From assembly GCA_965213685.1 (NCBI GenBank), contig CBDBZY010000018.1, positions 608,001 through 672,000 on the forward strand: a DNA stretch of 64,000 nucleotides, in the 5' to 3' direction. This document shows, piece after piece, positions 1-15,854 of the stretch (the stretch's first letter is position 1; each line of letters begins with the position of its first letter). This DNA is from a bacterium (GTDB lineage: Bacteria > UBA8248). Under the pieces are notes generated by a model, which made no database searches, was not told where the DNA came from, and saw only the letters and a list, made by a program, of their open reading frames with translations. Position numbers and translations under genes: made by a program.

Positions 1-410
1 GGAATTAATGAAGCTCAGACAAGAAACATTGTTGATGTCATGACTGCTTTTAAATTCATTGTGAATGTATGCTGTTATGTACATGTACATGTAATTTCTC
101 CTGCTTCCTCTCCCATTTCCTGCGCGCGCAACATACCCACGTATGCGGTTCACAGTGGCGTATGAGTACTGATATACCATAGATAATGCACTCGTGTGAA
201 TAGCACATATCCTGTGGTACGTGCGTGTGTTGATGCGTAGCTCCACTGATAAAGTGGTTATGGAACAATGACTGTTTCCAAAGTGATCCAAATCAACGTG
301 TGAAGACGTGAACTTCCAAGATGTTAGAGAGACTTACAATGATGTACGCGTACCGCGTACTGCCGCGAGTGAGCTGCATAAGACGATCTTCCAGCTTGCT
401 GCCCTCACAG
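1..410 (+). repeat. Copy of the 5122-5540 segment, including the end of a putative terminal exon (ELMKLRQETLLMS*)
   Basis: Begins ggaattaatgaagctcagacaagaaacattg, near-identical to 5122 ggaattactgaagctcagacaagaaacattg; similarity continues to ...gagctgcataaga. Confidence 0.8.
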
Positions 411-889
411 CTGCGCCTTTGGAAATAGCACAACGCTTATTGGGGCGAGCCGGTGACGGGGTATGTAACGGATAATTAAATATTCATAAACTTTGTGTAG
501 CGCTACTGACCAGAAGAATTACGTTACAGAGCTTTGTAAGGCAACATTCGAAAGGTCAAGGAATGCACGTTTATACACACACCTTTACAAGACCTGTTCA
601 CAACACAGGAATGTAGAATTGAAGCATGAAAAGCGAGTAGTGAGAAGTGTTTTCCACGTCAATTCTAGCCACAGTCACACTGTGGTAGCTGCGCAAACCA
701 ACACATACCGTTTGCTGTTGATCCCCACCAGGGCTAGAATCACCTCGTTCGCTTTATATGCAAGCGGTGGCTATGTGAGGGTCTCGTTTCCCCCGCGCGC
801 GCTGATATTCTTCGCGATCTTTACAGTTCAGCAGCGTGTAGTTGCTAAACCGTAGTTGTATTGAAATTTTTACATTCCTGCCCTAGCCC

Positions 890-958
890 TAGTCTCGCGA
901 GCCACCGTGTACGCATGCGCGCGTGCGTACACGGAAGTACGTCTGGCTCGCGAGACTA
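890..958. mobile_element. Tiny palindromic MITE (TAGTCTCGCGAGCCA...TGGCTCGCGAGACTA)
   Basis: 15-bp perfect terminal inverted repeats; related copies at ~13594-13654, ~38110-38150 and 54638-54700. Confidence 0.75.
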
Positions 959-989
959 TATACCCTAGCCGTGTGTCCTAGCCCTGTGT

Positions 990-2560
<1,571 letters not shown>

Positions 2561-2998
2561 GGTAGCTATGAGACTACATGTACTGCTGCATAGGAAACCC
2601 TCACAGAGCAAGATTGCGTGGGAACTCACTGCTATACTCCAAGTTGTGACCAAGCCTTCGTTTGGCTCTGTGTGTATGTGGCAGTTGAAGAGTTTCTGTA
2701 AGCCATCAGTGTCACTGTGTGTGTTTGAATGTTGTAGATACTGTAGGCCATCACTGTGTTTCATACACGTACATGTACATGTATACATGTACGTTGAGTG
2801 CAGGCCACTCAGGAGGGGCACCTAGTGCTGTGAGTGATTGAGGGTGTACCAGAGAAACCTTGTTTTGTTTGAGAGTGATGTTGCATGAAGGTCTGGGTAG
2901 TGGGAGCTTTGGTTTCAGCATACAGCTTGGAAGTTTGTACATGTGTCTCTATAACTGATTATTCATGTTAACTGCTTCACTGTACAACTTTCAAGCTA

Positions 2999-3044
<46 letters not shown>

Positions 3045-3492
3045 ACAAGATAACCTGTCCCCCTCCCTCCCTCCATCCCTCCCTCTCCCCCTCCCTCCTT
3101 CCATCCCTCCCTCCCTCTCTGGCTCAGGCTTTGAAGTCTCTCTCCACTACCACTTGGAGTAGCTCTACCTGGGAGGAAACAAGATCCAGGTAGCCACCCA
3201 CCTTCCTTCCCACACTCTCCCTCCCTCTCTCCTTCTCCCTTCCCTTGCTCTTTCTGTCCTTTCCTCTCTCTCTCCCTTCCTCCCTCCCTCCCTCCGTCTC
3301 TCCCTCTCTCCCTCCCTCCTTCCCTCTCTCCCTCCCTCCCTCCCTCCCTCCCTCCCCGCCTTCACCCATGCAAGCTCTCCAACACATGCACACATATGAC
3401 AATTCCTAAACCACAAGCCACTGCTCTCTTCCTAATAAGGCACACCCATACAGCCACCAGTTGTGTGTGTGTGTGCATGTGCTGAGGTGCTT

Positions 3493-3608
<116 letters not shown>

Positions 3609-3736
3609 AAGGGAAACAGAGGAGGGGTAGGGAGGAGAATGTACATGTACATGGGCCTCTTCCTACTAGGCGTGCTAATCTGTCCTCATGCATATACATG
3701 TACTGCACCATGCAACAAAATTGTCTGTGTGTGTGT

Positions 3737-3784
<48 letters not shown>

Positions 3785-3985
3785 TCTGATCCCTCACCCG
3801 GCCCTCACTTCACTCCTCACAGATGCTGGATATCCTGGAACAATCCAGAGGTTATGTATGTGAGGCAGTCTATTTGCTGCCCACCGACCCATATTTATGA
3901 GCAATCGATGACTGAGACACAGATACACTGAAGGTTTCCTTTGCTTGACATTTTTCCACCTGTGCTTTCTCTTGTGTCTGTTTGA

Positions 3986-4591
3986 GAGTGTATAAATGCT
4001 GGACTGGACTGGACTGGATTACTAATTTAAGCATGCAAGTGTATTGGGACTTGGGAGAGTGGTCTGCGGGAACACTGGAAGACTTGCCATCACTTAATGC
4101 CCACTCTGGTCACCCTTTGCAGCCTCATTCTCAGGCCTTGCACTCATTTCCAGACAGAAAAAAGCTACACATACACTGTACACATACGCTATGAGGAGAG
4201 ATTGGTCTGCAAATGAAGAGCACTGGTCTGGGAACCAGATCTCACCATTTAGAGACTGTTTACACACTAGGCAAGAAAATTTGGTTGGTGAACGAGCCTC
4301 ACTCGTAACTGTAATGAGTACTGTTCTACTGTGTGCAGGTGAGCTCTAAATGGTGAGTCTGGTTCCCAGACCAGTGCTCTCCATTCGTGGACCAAGTTCT
4401 CCTCATAGTGCATGCATGTGCATCATGTCTGGAAACAAGTGCAAAGTCTGAGAATGAGGCTGCAGAGGGTGATCAAAGTGGGCATTTCATGATGGCAAGT
4501 CTTCCAGTGTTCTCCGCAGACCACTCTCAATACGCGTGCATGCTTAATTAGCTAGTCCAGTATTCCAGTCCAGTCCATAGTTTATACACTC
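3986..4591. mobile_element. Foldback/MITE with ~270-290-bp imperfect inverted arms
   Basis: GAGTGTATAAA..ggactggactgg at left vs ccagtccagtcc..TTTATACACTC at right; internal arms also pair (ctggtctgggaaccaga / tctggttcccagaccag; gcagcctcattctcag / ctgagaatgaggctgc). Confidence 0.85.
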
Positions 4592-6308
4592 CAGTTCAGT
4601 TTGCCAGTCTCTCTCTCTGTCTGCCTGCCAGTCTGTCTATCTCTCTGCCTGTCTCTCTGTCTGTCTGTCTCTGTCTCACTGTCTGTCTGTTGTCTGTTCT
4701 GCTGTCTATTGGTTTCTACACTCTCGTTCTGTTTGCTTGTCTGCCTGTCTGTCTGCCAGTCTCCCTGTCTGTCTGGCTCTGTCTCCCCGTCCATCTGTTT
4801 GTCTGTTCTGCTGTCCCTATTGGAACTCTCTCTGCCTTTCATATTTCTTTTCCTTCTCACCACAGAACAAGTATAGATGTGCCACTTCATTTTGATGGTG
4901 GGTCAGTGGAATCTCCTGACTACAAGTGTGGCTACAAGTACACTGCAGGCAAGTATAGCAGCCTTTCATGCAGCCACAGAGAGCAAGTGGTGGCTATCCT
5001 CTCAGAGTGAGTGGTTCTGGTGAGATACATGTTCACTGCACACCTCAATCACTGGTATATACTTGTCCACTGCAGTGGCTGTTCTCAGCTGCATTGATGG
5101 GTGGGAAGAGACAGTGAGGAAGGAATTACTGAAGCTCAGACAAGAAACATTGCTGACATCATGACTGCTTTTAAATTCATTGTGAATGTATGCTGTTATG
5201 TACATATACATGTAATTAATTTTCTCCTGCCACTTCCTGCGCAACATACCGCGTATAAAGGGCTCACAGTGGCGTTTAACTCCATGAGTACTGATATACA
5301 TGTACAAGTGCCATAGATATCCCATGGATGGGACTTTGAACTCGTGGGAATAGCAGATCCTTTGGTACGTTTGTTGATGCGTAGCTCCACGGACGAAGAA
5401 GGAAAGATTGACATAAAAACGATGGCCGTTTCGAAAAAGATCAAAGTGTGAAGACGTGCGTTTCCAAGACGTTAGAGACTTACCTGTACGCGTACCGCGT
5501 ACTGCCGCGGGTGAGCTGCATAAGATGATCTACCAGCTTGCTGGACACAAAGGCAGAAGCGGCATTTCAGGAACCGAGTAGTGAGTGTGTGCTCTCACTC
5601 TCACGCTGTTGACAGTCTCTCTCACTGACGGACGTTAGACATTAGACAGTGTTGGTGTCAGTCTTATACATGTCTACTCACTTGCTCTGCATACGCACAT
5701 TATGCATACATATTGCTGTACATGTACATGTTACGTTGTCTCTACTACTGCTACATGTACCATCTTTCATTTTCTTCTTATACCTCATTCCTCTACCTCA
5801 AACTTTGTCTATTCTATTCCTATTCCTATCACATATTGAGAGCCGCTAGTTATATGCACGTCTTGCGTATGCATGCACATTTCTATTTACTCTCCCTCCC
5901 TCCCTCCCTCCTCACTATCTCTGTCCTTCTCATTGACAAGGACATTTTGATATTTTAGTGTTACTGCCAGTCAAAAGAATGTTCCAACATACACATATAC
6001 ATGTAAATCCTGTTGGAGAACAATGCTCTCTTGTCAGACTGTACTAACTGTTGTTAACTGTGATGTCATCTGTGTGTCTCTTTATAGCATGTATAGTGAT
6101 GTAATGGTGTAGGCTTATTTAGAACTTTGTGTTGGCTGTGTAGTTCCAGCCACATGTTCATAAGAGTCAGTGCAATCACTAATTGTCAAAGCCGAGTCAG
6201 TCGCAAGTGCTTCTCTTTGCAACATACCCATCCCTTAATTACACCATTCACATTTCACTTGGTATATTCCTTCCCCACAACCACATGCGTGCATACACAC
6301 ACACACAC

Positions 6309-6399
<91 letters not shown>

Positions 6400-6599
6400 T
6401 ACAAGATACAACCCCCTGTGACACCTTACCTTTTACCTTCACCTTCAGCTGATACCAATTCTTCCTCTTCCTTCCCCCACTTCCCCCCTTTGTTCCTCAT
6501 CCTTACCTTTCTCCCTCTCCTGCTCACCCACCAAGATAAGATACTATTCCAACTATGTCCCTGCCCCATGCTGTGATGAGCTAGTGAGGTGGTGCCTAC

Positions 6600-9500
6600 C
6601 TTCACTCTCTCTCCTCTGCCGTTCTTCCTCCAACTTGGACCCACTCAGGACATTAGTTAGTGTCCACTTATCTTCCTCTTCACACTCTGCAGTGGAGGCA
6701 GAGATACATGTGCAGTTACCTAGGCAACCCTCTTGCCAGTAATTAGTGCAGTACTCCTCCCTCTGCCCACAGAGGAGATCACATTACATCATCCACTCAC
6801 ACCTGACATCCTGTGCATAGTGCACTATGTACCCACAGGGAGGACATGCCACAGCCTTGTACATGTACATACCATCTCACCACATCTCCTACTGCTACTG
6901 CTGCCCACAGCATCACTCCACAGTGAGCAGTGTGGCCAGTCCCCCACTCCACTCACTGCCACAGTGCCCATCATGCTGCCTACCACACTCACTCCACTCA
7001 CCAAACTCCAGGACTGTGGTGTCAGAGAGCAGCGGCCAGTCATTCCATGAGGCATACTTGTTAGGGTTATCGGAGACTCCAGCCACAGCCACCACCAACT
7101 TCTTTGTAGGAGTGAGGTGGAGCACTCCACCACCATGCCCATACCGTGGAGTCAGGGATCCTGGGGGAAGGAGTACCTGTAGGGAGGGGAACAGGAGAAC
7201 ACTCAAATGTACAGCAGTCCACACAATTGTCTGCTACTCCACTGCTTACTGTTGGCTGCCAGTGGAAGTGTGTTGTGTATTATCTCAAAGGCTGCACATC
7301 ACCTCCAACACACCCACTGCCTTCACTGCTGTCCAGTAATGGAGCAGCCCATTCCTCACTACTCTCTTCCTCTCCATACCACACAACTCTACACCACATG
7401 ACTTCTCTACATGCACTGCACACACTGCCATATGCTCTCCATATGCCAACCTCTATCCACTCACATGCCACACCTACTCACCTGGGTTGGCTGCACAGGA
7501 CAATACCACACACACCACAACACACCATCACTACTGGTATAGGGGCAGGCTTACAAGGGGAAGTGTTCAGCTGAGCACTAGCCACACATGCAGTGTGAAG
7601 GTCATTGCCACACAACAGCTCCACTAAGGGGACATCAACACACTCACTGCCTCATGAGCTCACAGCTCACTCACCTCCTCCCACTGGATGGCATTAATAT
7701 TGAAGAGCCACACATCTCCCAGTGGCTCAAATGAGCTGCTCAGACCTCCCACCATCACCATACATGGGTGAAGTGGGTCTCTGTCTGGATCCCACAGACT
7801 GTAGGCTGTGTGGCTAGCCCTCTCCTCAGGCCATGGCTGGCCTGTCTGAGGTAGCACTGGTCCAGTCCAGTGCTGGAGAGGGAAAGCAATTTGAAAACAC
7901 TTTGAGAACATGTAATCCACTCACATATGCACATGCTCCAGCTCAGTAAGGCACCCTCCCCTCTCTACACTGCCTGTATGGGCTCACACTACTAGCTAGC
8001 CACACATGCCAGCCCATGTACATGGAACATGCACCTGCAAACCTCTTCTCCCATGCACACTAACTGACATGTACACTGTACATACATGTACACTGTATGT
8101 AGTCTACATGTAGATTCTGTCTCATCATGATAAGAGCAACATCTTGTCCACTACTCTATCAGTTACTATGCATGTACAGGCCACTATTGGGTCCCACCAG
8201 AGACAATATATTACTGTATGTATGCCCATATTCATGTGTGTATGCTCATATTCATGTACATGTGTGTGCATGTGATGGTGTCTTGTGCAGGGGACAGTGT
8301 CTCCTGTAGCACTGCTCTACATGTATGTACTGCCAGACCTGCCACTCCTCATTCCAACTCACAGGCCATGCTCCCCTCTCTACACTGGCTCATGGCTGAT
8401 GACTGAACATATGCTCTCTTCCCTGCACTGACTCATACCAGGTATCTAGGCCCACACTAGCCTCTCATCACATCATCGCAATCATATTACACTGATAGAT
8501 AAATGTACACACATGGAGAAGGCACTAATTATGTGTTTTATTGTTCAAACAACTGAACTACATAAGCAGTAGGCCACAGGTGATCTCAGACCGTACATGA
8601 TTAATTAGGTACAACTGTATCTCAGCCACTCACCCATGCCACAGTGTCCAGGATGAACACTGCATTTGTCCTCCTCCTCCTCTTCCCATCCCACCCACCA
8701 AACCACACGACTCTCCTCCTGTCCACTCTAGTGAGGGTGATGCCGTTAGATGGAGGAGGAGTCCTACCAGTGGTGGGTGGAGTGGACCACTGACCTGGAG
8801 GGGGAGGGAGGGAGTGGTCTGGGACTAGCCACACCCACTGGCCTGGGGACACTGCACACATAATCCACCAACACCCACCAGGTAAAGCACAAGGCACTCT
8901 GCTCCTTACAACCATCTACACCACTACATACTGACATGTACTAGTCAACATGTGAGGAGCTCTGCAATGCTCTCACTGTACTTGCTCTATTTGACTCTTT
9001 TACCATAAAATCGAACTCTGTTGCTGTTGGGGTAGGCGAATGGGAAATATGTAAACAATTAACTTCTTATTCACAGACTGTAGTGGTATTGTGGGCATGG
9101 GAGTGAATACAGTTCATAGTTGACACAGAAGAGGTGCCTGGCTCTGCAATGCTCTGACTGTACTTCATTTGAATATTTTACTATGAAATATTTTGTTGGG
9201 GCCAATGGGAACTATCTCAAATAAGTAAACATTGAAACTTCCTGTTTATCATAGACAGTGGTGTAGTGGTATTGTGGGCATGGGAATGAATACAATTCAT
9301 AGTTGACACAGAAGAGGTGCCTGGCTGACTGTCCAAACATGAGCATGCCAGGCTGATAGCCTGACATGATACAGGTACATACATGTACATAGCAGAGGGT
9401 GAGGGATGTGACTTGTGTTAAGCAGCACACATAGTCACATCATTTGCATGCCCACCTCATGTGGTGAGAGGTAGCATGTCTGTGCATATATGTATGCTAG

Positions 9501-11386
9501 AATAACTGACATGGTTACCATGTACACAGGAGGAGAGAGTGCTTCCTTATTAGGAAGCATACTATTACCATGCCTGGCCAGGCTGTATGGGTGTTTCCCA
9601 ACTGTCTGTGATGGGGCACAGAGACCACCTCCACCCTAACTAACAGCTCCTCCTCAAGCAGCCACTGCTAGAGAGGCAGCACTGCAGTACAGAAGAGACA
9701 GCCTAGCACCAAACATTACTAACTAGAGGAGTGATACAGCTGAGGAGGGCCTTGGAAACAAGAGAGACATGTCTACAGCAGATGAGCTCATATCAGCTCC
9801 CACGACTGCTCCTGAGACTGCACTGGAGGGAGAAGCTCGGCTGCAGTAGAGACACATTATATATAATTGCTTAAAAATAGATTGGCCTCTGAGACAATAG
9901 ACAGGAGAGAGGTCCAGCTATGTAGTCCAGTTACAGTTGATAACAACTCCTCAGCATGAGAGATTGCTCAGTGATAGTACTAGACAGAGGGAGCTGCAGA
10001 AAGTCACAGCTACAAGAAGCTCAGGTGCAGTAGAGAAATGGATTGTTTTGAGGCTGTTACTTAATGGCCTTTGAGACAGTAGAGACAGTAGAGAATGGAG
10101 AGGTCCAGCTGTGCAGTCCAGTTAGAGTTAAGAGCAACTCCTCAGCATGAGATATATCTCACTGACAGTACCAGACAGAGGGAGTTGCAGAAAGACATAA
10201 CTACAGTGCATGTGTACATGTACATAAGGGGTAACTCAAAGTTTGCCATTCATATGGAGGGCACACTCCCACTAGGGGGTCTGGGAGAATGCCACTGAAT
10301 GAATTATTGAAGTACAGACACTCTCAGATGGATTCTGAGGCATTCTGCAAGTAGTCATAGCCATTCCCATTATTTTGTTGGGGAGGGTGAGGGATGAAGT
10401 TGCTTGCTTGTGGGAGGGGGTGATATTCTAGGCCTTTTCCTCCCCCTGCATGAACCCCTGCTGATTTTGCAACACAACTGTACCCCATACACATGGCCAC
10501 ATGTACAATCATGCATACCTTACTGCACCTAATGATATCCTAAAATTTGAGGTACATAGGAGAGGGCAGAGAAAAGGTATAACTGATCTGCAGCACATGA
10601 CCACACTTACGCATATTACATGATCCATTACCGGTAATTGGTTTCTAATCCTCAAGTACACATACTTTGAGTGAGGATGTCATGCTCTGGCAGCAATCAG
10701 TTGTCTCTATCTGCACTGAGTGTGTGGTCTGTGTCTGGTGTTATTACATGAGGCCATGTGTAGAGGTCAGCTCATACATGCAGTGGACCAGTTGTAACCT
10801 CATGCACAGCATGTGAGGTAGAGTAAAGGTACTGACAGTCCATGCACACACCTGACTCAGAGTTGTAGTACAGGAACTGATTAGTCCATCCTCTACCTTT
10901 ACTCTCCCCTGGAGCAGGAATGAAGCCTGTCATTGGTTGGTGGGTGGGACATTCTGCGTACCCTCCAGCAGTGAGTAGATGCCCATTAGGCAATGCGACA
11001 AGACCAGAGCTCATAGTACGTAGCATTTGGCCAGAGCTGACAATTCTCCTCCATACAAAGCTTTGGGAGTTGAAAATGGAGAGCTCATTGCAGAAGCCTG
11101 GGTCACCACTGTTCCCGCCCATGAAGTACACGTTTGTGTGGTACGAGGTGACTGCAGCACCTTGGAACCATGATGGCAGCTCACCAGATGTCGGATATTT
11201 CTTCCATGATAAGGTTACACCATTGAACATCTCCACTTCTCGTGGTAGCGTGAACGTGCTTTTGTGCTGGAATGACTTCAGTATGCCCCTAAACATCCAG
11301 AGTTGTGAGCCAATTGAAACGGTTGGTGCATCATAACGTGGTTCAGGATGGTATGAGCCAGTTGGCTGTGCAGGAGGCTCAGCCAT
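6600..11386 (-). CDS. Kelch-repeat (beta-propeller) domain protein, multi-exon; last exon not resolved
   Basis: Phase-consistent GT-AG exons 11386-10852, 8794-8634, 7872-7675, 7176-7002, 6686-6600. Kelch motifs: HPEPRYDAPTV..LWMFRG, VYFMGG..FNSQSFVW, LLTAGG, VVWFGGWDG, PEERASHTA..MVMVGG..DVWLFNINAIQW, PRYGHGG. An acceptor 8 nt upstream of the ATG implies a non-coding first exon. Confidence 0.85.
9880..10205. repeat. Tandem duplication (~185-bp unit) in Kelch intron
   Basis: gagaggtccagct..caactcctcagcatgag..agacagagggag..gcagaaag occurs at ~9907 and ~10098; another local duplication at 9040-9150 / 9205-9325. Confidence 0.75.
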
Positions 11387-11919
11387 GGCTGGATCTGGGG
11401 AGAGGGGGGAGGGGGAGATAGCCACTGAGTGACGTTTCAGCCACGACATTACACATTTGTAGAAGTACACATGTATATGTGAACATCTTTCAGGTCTGAT
11501 TTGAGACAGTGGAACAAGATTGTAAGCTACAAACACTTGTAGTACGTGCAGCATGTGCAGTAGGCATATCTCAACACACGTGGGTATCAGTGCACTGGGC
11601 AGTGCTTCAAACTGTGTAAGGCAAACTAGGCAAATGCAGTCCAGTGTTGTGGCCAGGCTCACACCACTTGCAAGAGGCTGCTAAACTGAGAGGAGAAACC
11701 CCTTTATGTAGCCTTACCATCTAACTAGGTACTGAGTGCGCAGTGGGGGAGATCCCATGATGTATTGTACTATGAGCTAATCTCATCATGTGCTGGATTT
11801 TGTGGCTGCACACAAGGACATTCTGGAGCCATCTCATGCTGCTTGATGTCTGACCTTTATCACTCTATGCTAATACTAGGCATGTACCTCAAAGGGTGAA
11901 GTTACCATGAAGATACTAT

Positions 11920-12630
11920 GTGCATACTGTCCACAGACCATTAGAGGTAGCTACTGCCTCGTGTTGACATGAGGAATGAGGAACAGGAGTTTGTGCAGTG
12001 TGTGGAGACCTGATGACACAATGAGTGAAACGTCATGTACATTGAACGAAGGTCAGTGCACATTGATATATAGTGGACACTGCCATGTTAGGGCGGAATT
12101 ACATGAAGGAAGGTATAGTGCACGAAGTAGCGGGCTCAAGCGGTAGAAACGTGTCCACTAGAAACCAAGCGAATGGGCAATGGCTACTCTGAGCGTTACA
12201 GTGCTACTGTTAGGGGAGGGGCTTGCTCTGATACAAGATCGAGCGAAGAGAAAACAAGAGCCGAGGGCTGAACGCTCAGCGGGCAAAGGCTAGGGCTGCG
12301 CTTGCACATGTGAGCGAGCAAGTGGCACTCTAACGGGCGATGGAGGAAAGGGCACTCGACGTGTGTATACTGTCCACAGACCATTACAGTTGCTGACGTG
12401 AGGAATGAGGAGCAGGAGTTTTGTGCAGTGGGTGGAGACCTGATGCAGCAATGAGTGAAATGCCATGCATATTGAAGGAATGTCAGCGCACAAAGATAGT
12501 GAGCACTGGCATGTATGGAGCAAGGAATGGTGCACTAACAGTAGCGGGTTCAAGCGGTAGAAACGTGTCATTGGAAACCAAGTGAAGGGGCGATGGCTAC
12601 TCTGAGCGCTACAGTCCAACTCTTAGGGGA
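11920..12630. repeat. Tandem ~440-bp repeat; a third copy lies at ~25390-25840
   Basis: tactgtccacagaccatt..gaggaatgagga..tggagacctgatg..aagcggtagaaacgtgtc..atggctactctgagcg occurs at 11926-12200 and 12368-12610. Confidence 0.8.
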
Positions 12631-14004
12631 GGGGCTTGCTACTGTACACAAAGAGATGTATTCTGAGCCGAGGACTGTACGCTGAGCAGGGCAAAGGCTT
12701 GGGCCGCGCTTGTATATGTGTTGTATATGTGAGAAAGCAAGTGACGCTCGGACTGGCACGGGGAAAGGATACTCCGATCATCCGATGTGTGACGGGACAA
12801 GGTCTGAGAGCTAGGCTTGAGACTACTCTAGTCCTACCATGCAATTACAAGAGTAAACAAATGTCTAAATGCTCCTGCCACTTGTTCCCACAGAGATACA
12901 CATTGTGGCTTAGCGATCGTTGCCGGCCACAGCGCTTATGATGTACGCAAAGGTAGGCGGAGATCTATACTCCGCGCAACTTCTAAGCCTTTGGCTGTAA
13001 ACTTATTATGGCTCACTCTTTTCTGGGTTCTCCTAGCCAGTTGAATGCTCCCTTTGTTTTATCTTGCGCAGGGCGAGGTTCACTCCGATCTGCCCCACCC
13101 TTTGCTCGATAGTTTCCTTTTAGTATACGGATATACGCGACGTTGAGTCTCATGCAAAACCGGAAGTTCCGTGGGGAATATTGCTCAGCTCACATGAGGG
13201 CGACAAGCCAGCAATTCGAAGGCGCCAGCAAAACGCTGTTTCTGAGGTGAATATTGAGTTATGGCGTCCAAGACTGTCACTTTTTACTGTCTCTCTACTG
13301 TATGCCTCGATCTGTTGTCTTTATTCATTTGCCGTATCCAACCCACGAACATGGAAGAGTCGATCTCAGTCCTTTTTTTCCAGCACTTTTGACGTTTTGT
13401 TTTTACGTCATCTCTCGCTTGTTCATGCAAAACCGGAACCAGCCCCCCCCACACACATTTTCGCCATCCACGCCTACTAAGGAGACACGTGAGTTACTCA
13501 GTACACGAATCAGGCGGCAAGTATTCGTAGCGCCTAGTGTAGCCCGCCTCCTATCAATAATATTATTGCTAAGCATAAGTATTTGCCGAAGTTGAGCGAG
13601 CCAGACGTATTTCCGTGTACGCATGCGCGCGAAAAAGAAATACGTCTCGAGACTGACGTTGCTTCGCAACGTGAGAGTCAGGCCCCTTGTATGAACTGTA
13701 TTCCGACTCTTCTGCATAATTATTACTAGTACAATGTTGGACATTGTTGGCGAGCGGGAGCGAGCCAATGTGGGGGTGGGGCTGGATGTGTAAAGTGTGA
13801 ATCACGTTAAATTAGAACTGACGTAAACGTTACGGTATGTGTGGAGCCACACACGTACGTACGTACGCATATAGAGAAATCGCTCCCGCTCGCCAATTAT
13901 AGGCTGTCACTTTCAGGTCTGATTTTTCTTTCCAACTATACTTTTGTTTCATGCATATTTCTACTATGATCTATGTGAATAAAATGGCATGTGTGAGTAG
14001 TATG

Positions 14005-14200
14005 CAGTGGAACCCCGCTTAACGGACACCCCTCAACGGACGGACAGTTCTGAAACAGAAAGTCCCGATCGTTTCTCCATAGACTTTAATACATTAGAAA
14101 CTCCTGAATAGCGGATACCCCGCTACTCCGTATAACGGACAGTAATCCGTCCCCAATTGTTCATTCGCAATACTAGAAACCCCGCTAAATGGACAGTTTA
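14005..14200 (+). mobile_element. pogo/Tc1-type MITE left end
   Basis: cagtggaaccccgcttaacggacacc..gtcccgatcgtttctccatagac..; no matching right end identified nearby. Confidence 0.5.
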
Positions 14201-14441
14201 ACCACACCCACGGAATATTCTAAAGTAAACCCCTTTATGCTGGACTCCGGAAAAACGAGGAACATAGGTCTCAAACGCGTGCCTATATAAAGCTTCACAA
14301 ATCAGCCCCTCAGATGCACCTGATGCAATGATGAAATGCTGTACACGTGACAAATTGCATAAGCAGAAGTTAATCTCAACAAATGTAGCTGAGTCTTTTA
14401 TTTTAACCTTAGACTTTTAGGCAAGAGCTGCTTCCAGTTAA

Positions 14442-15009
14442 GGGAGGACAAGTCATGATTGCGTTCTTCGTCAATTACTCTACCGCCGCTTTCCCCCTAC
14501 ATTTACCAACGCTAAAACGACAGCAATTCTTTGGCGCGGTTGCAAATTCGCGGGGAAAAATTCATATTTCCCGCTACCGTTGCGTGCGGCGCTGTGTGGC
14601 GCCAACCGGTGAAGAGGTGGATGCTCGCCAAAGGGGAGTGAACTAGTTTATGCGCAATGGGTTGCTCGAGGCTTGGCTTGCTACTTTACGGCAGAATTTG
14701 CTACCGTTTTTCAAAATTCTGCAGCACGAAGAAAACGATTATATGTCTAGAAAGAAAGATTTAGCACGGATTTTTAAAGCAAACTTGGATAGCCAACATG
14801 CTTAGTAATCATCCACCGAAGTTTCGTCTCTGCAGCATTAGCCGTTATTGGCAAATTTTTTTCTGTAATTAGCGATATGCATATTGCGTAAATTTTATAA
14901 TTCTATGAACCGACATATCACGCAAAACTACGTTATTTCGCTAACAGGCATCATTAGGAGAATACAATAAAACAAATCAGGCAAAATCATGCCTTGGGGT
15001 CGTCCTGCC
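14442..15009. mobile_element. TTAA-flanked MITE (Kolobok-like)
   Basis: ttaa|gggaggacaagtcatgatt ... aatcatgccttggggtcgtcctgcc|ttaa; imperfect TIRs with a TTAA duplication. Confidence 0.5.
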
Positions 15010-15503
15010 TTAACAGTACATAGCACGCGTTCTTTTCACAGAACACCTTGTGATCCAAAACGCGACGTGAATTCCTCCTCCCCCTCCCTCCACCCCCTCC
15101 CATCAACTATAGATTGGATTACACTGTATATTGCCGCTATATGACTTTCGTTCAGAGCCAAAAGTCTGCCCCGGAAGCAGATGTGTAATTACAAGCTGCG
15201 CGGACGGGGCGCACGTCACCATGTACATGTACATGTGTGGCAGCTGGCCAGGGGACAGAGCAGGCTATGGAGTGCTGCAGTGCCCTATCACGGATGAAGG
15301 TTACAGGATGATCGATAGACTGGGTGAGTTTGTCCGCCTACGAAAGCTACTCTATGCATAGATAAACGAGCGGTTCTGCTCGTGTATCTGTGCTCTATGT
15401 TGCTGCGTGAAAAAAGTAGGCCTACTTGCGTAGGATGATGCGCAGCCTGTTGATTGTCAGGTGTGTGTCGACACAACCACTGGCGGGGGGCAGGCCTGCT
15501 GAG

Positions 15504-15561
<58 letters not shown>

Positions 15562-15854
15562 GTGTGGTTAAAATGGAGAGAAAGATAAGGGAAGTTTGTG
15601 GAGAACGAAAAAATTGGGAGGGCTTTTGTCCACTCCACCAGCGGCAGTTCCCGGTGCCCAGGCAAACCTGACCTATATGCACCAGCACTCACACATCCCT
15701 GTGTCCCAACTGTCACCTTGTGGTTATATACACTTAAGACTCTAGAAATGCATGTAGCTATAGCTTACTTTTATACAATCCAGTAGGTAAATATTTAGCT
15801 TTTAGGCCGGTCATCAGGGAAGTACCCAAGTCCATCATAGTTTAGAGCACAGCT

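Noticed and set aside
9560-9850. Exon-like purine-rich segment in the Kelch intron
   Set aside because: No recognisable motif, stops in the plausible frames, and the flanking Kelch exons join in phase without it.
11387-11662. N-terminal ~92 aa of ORF 10772..11662
   Set aside because: Lies upstream of a clear splice acceptor (ctctccccag) at 11395; Kelch similarity starts after the ATG at 11386.
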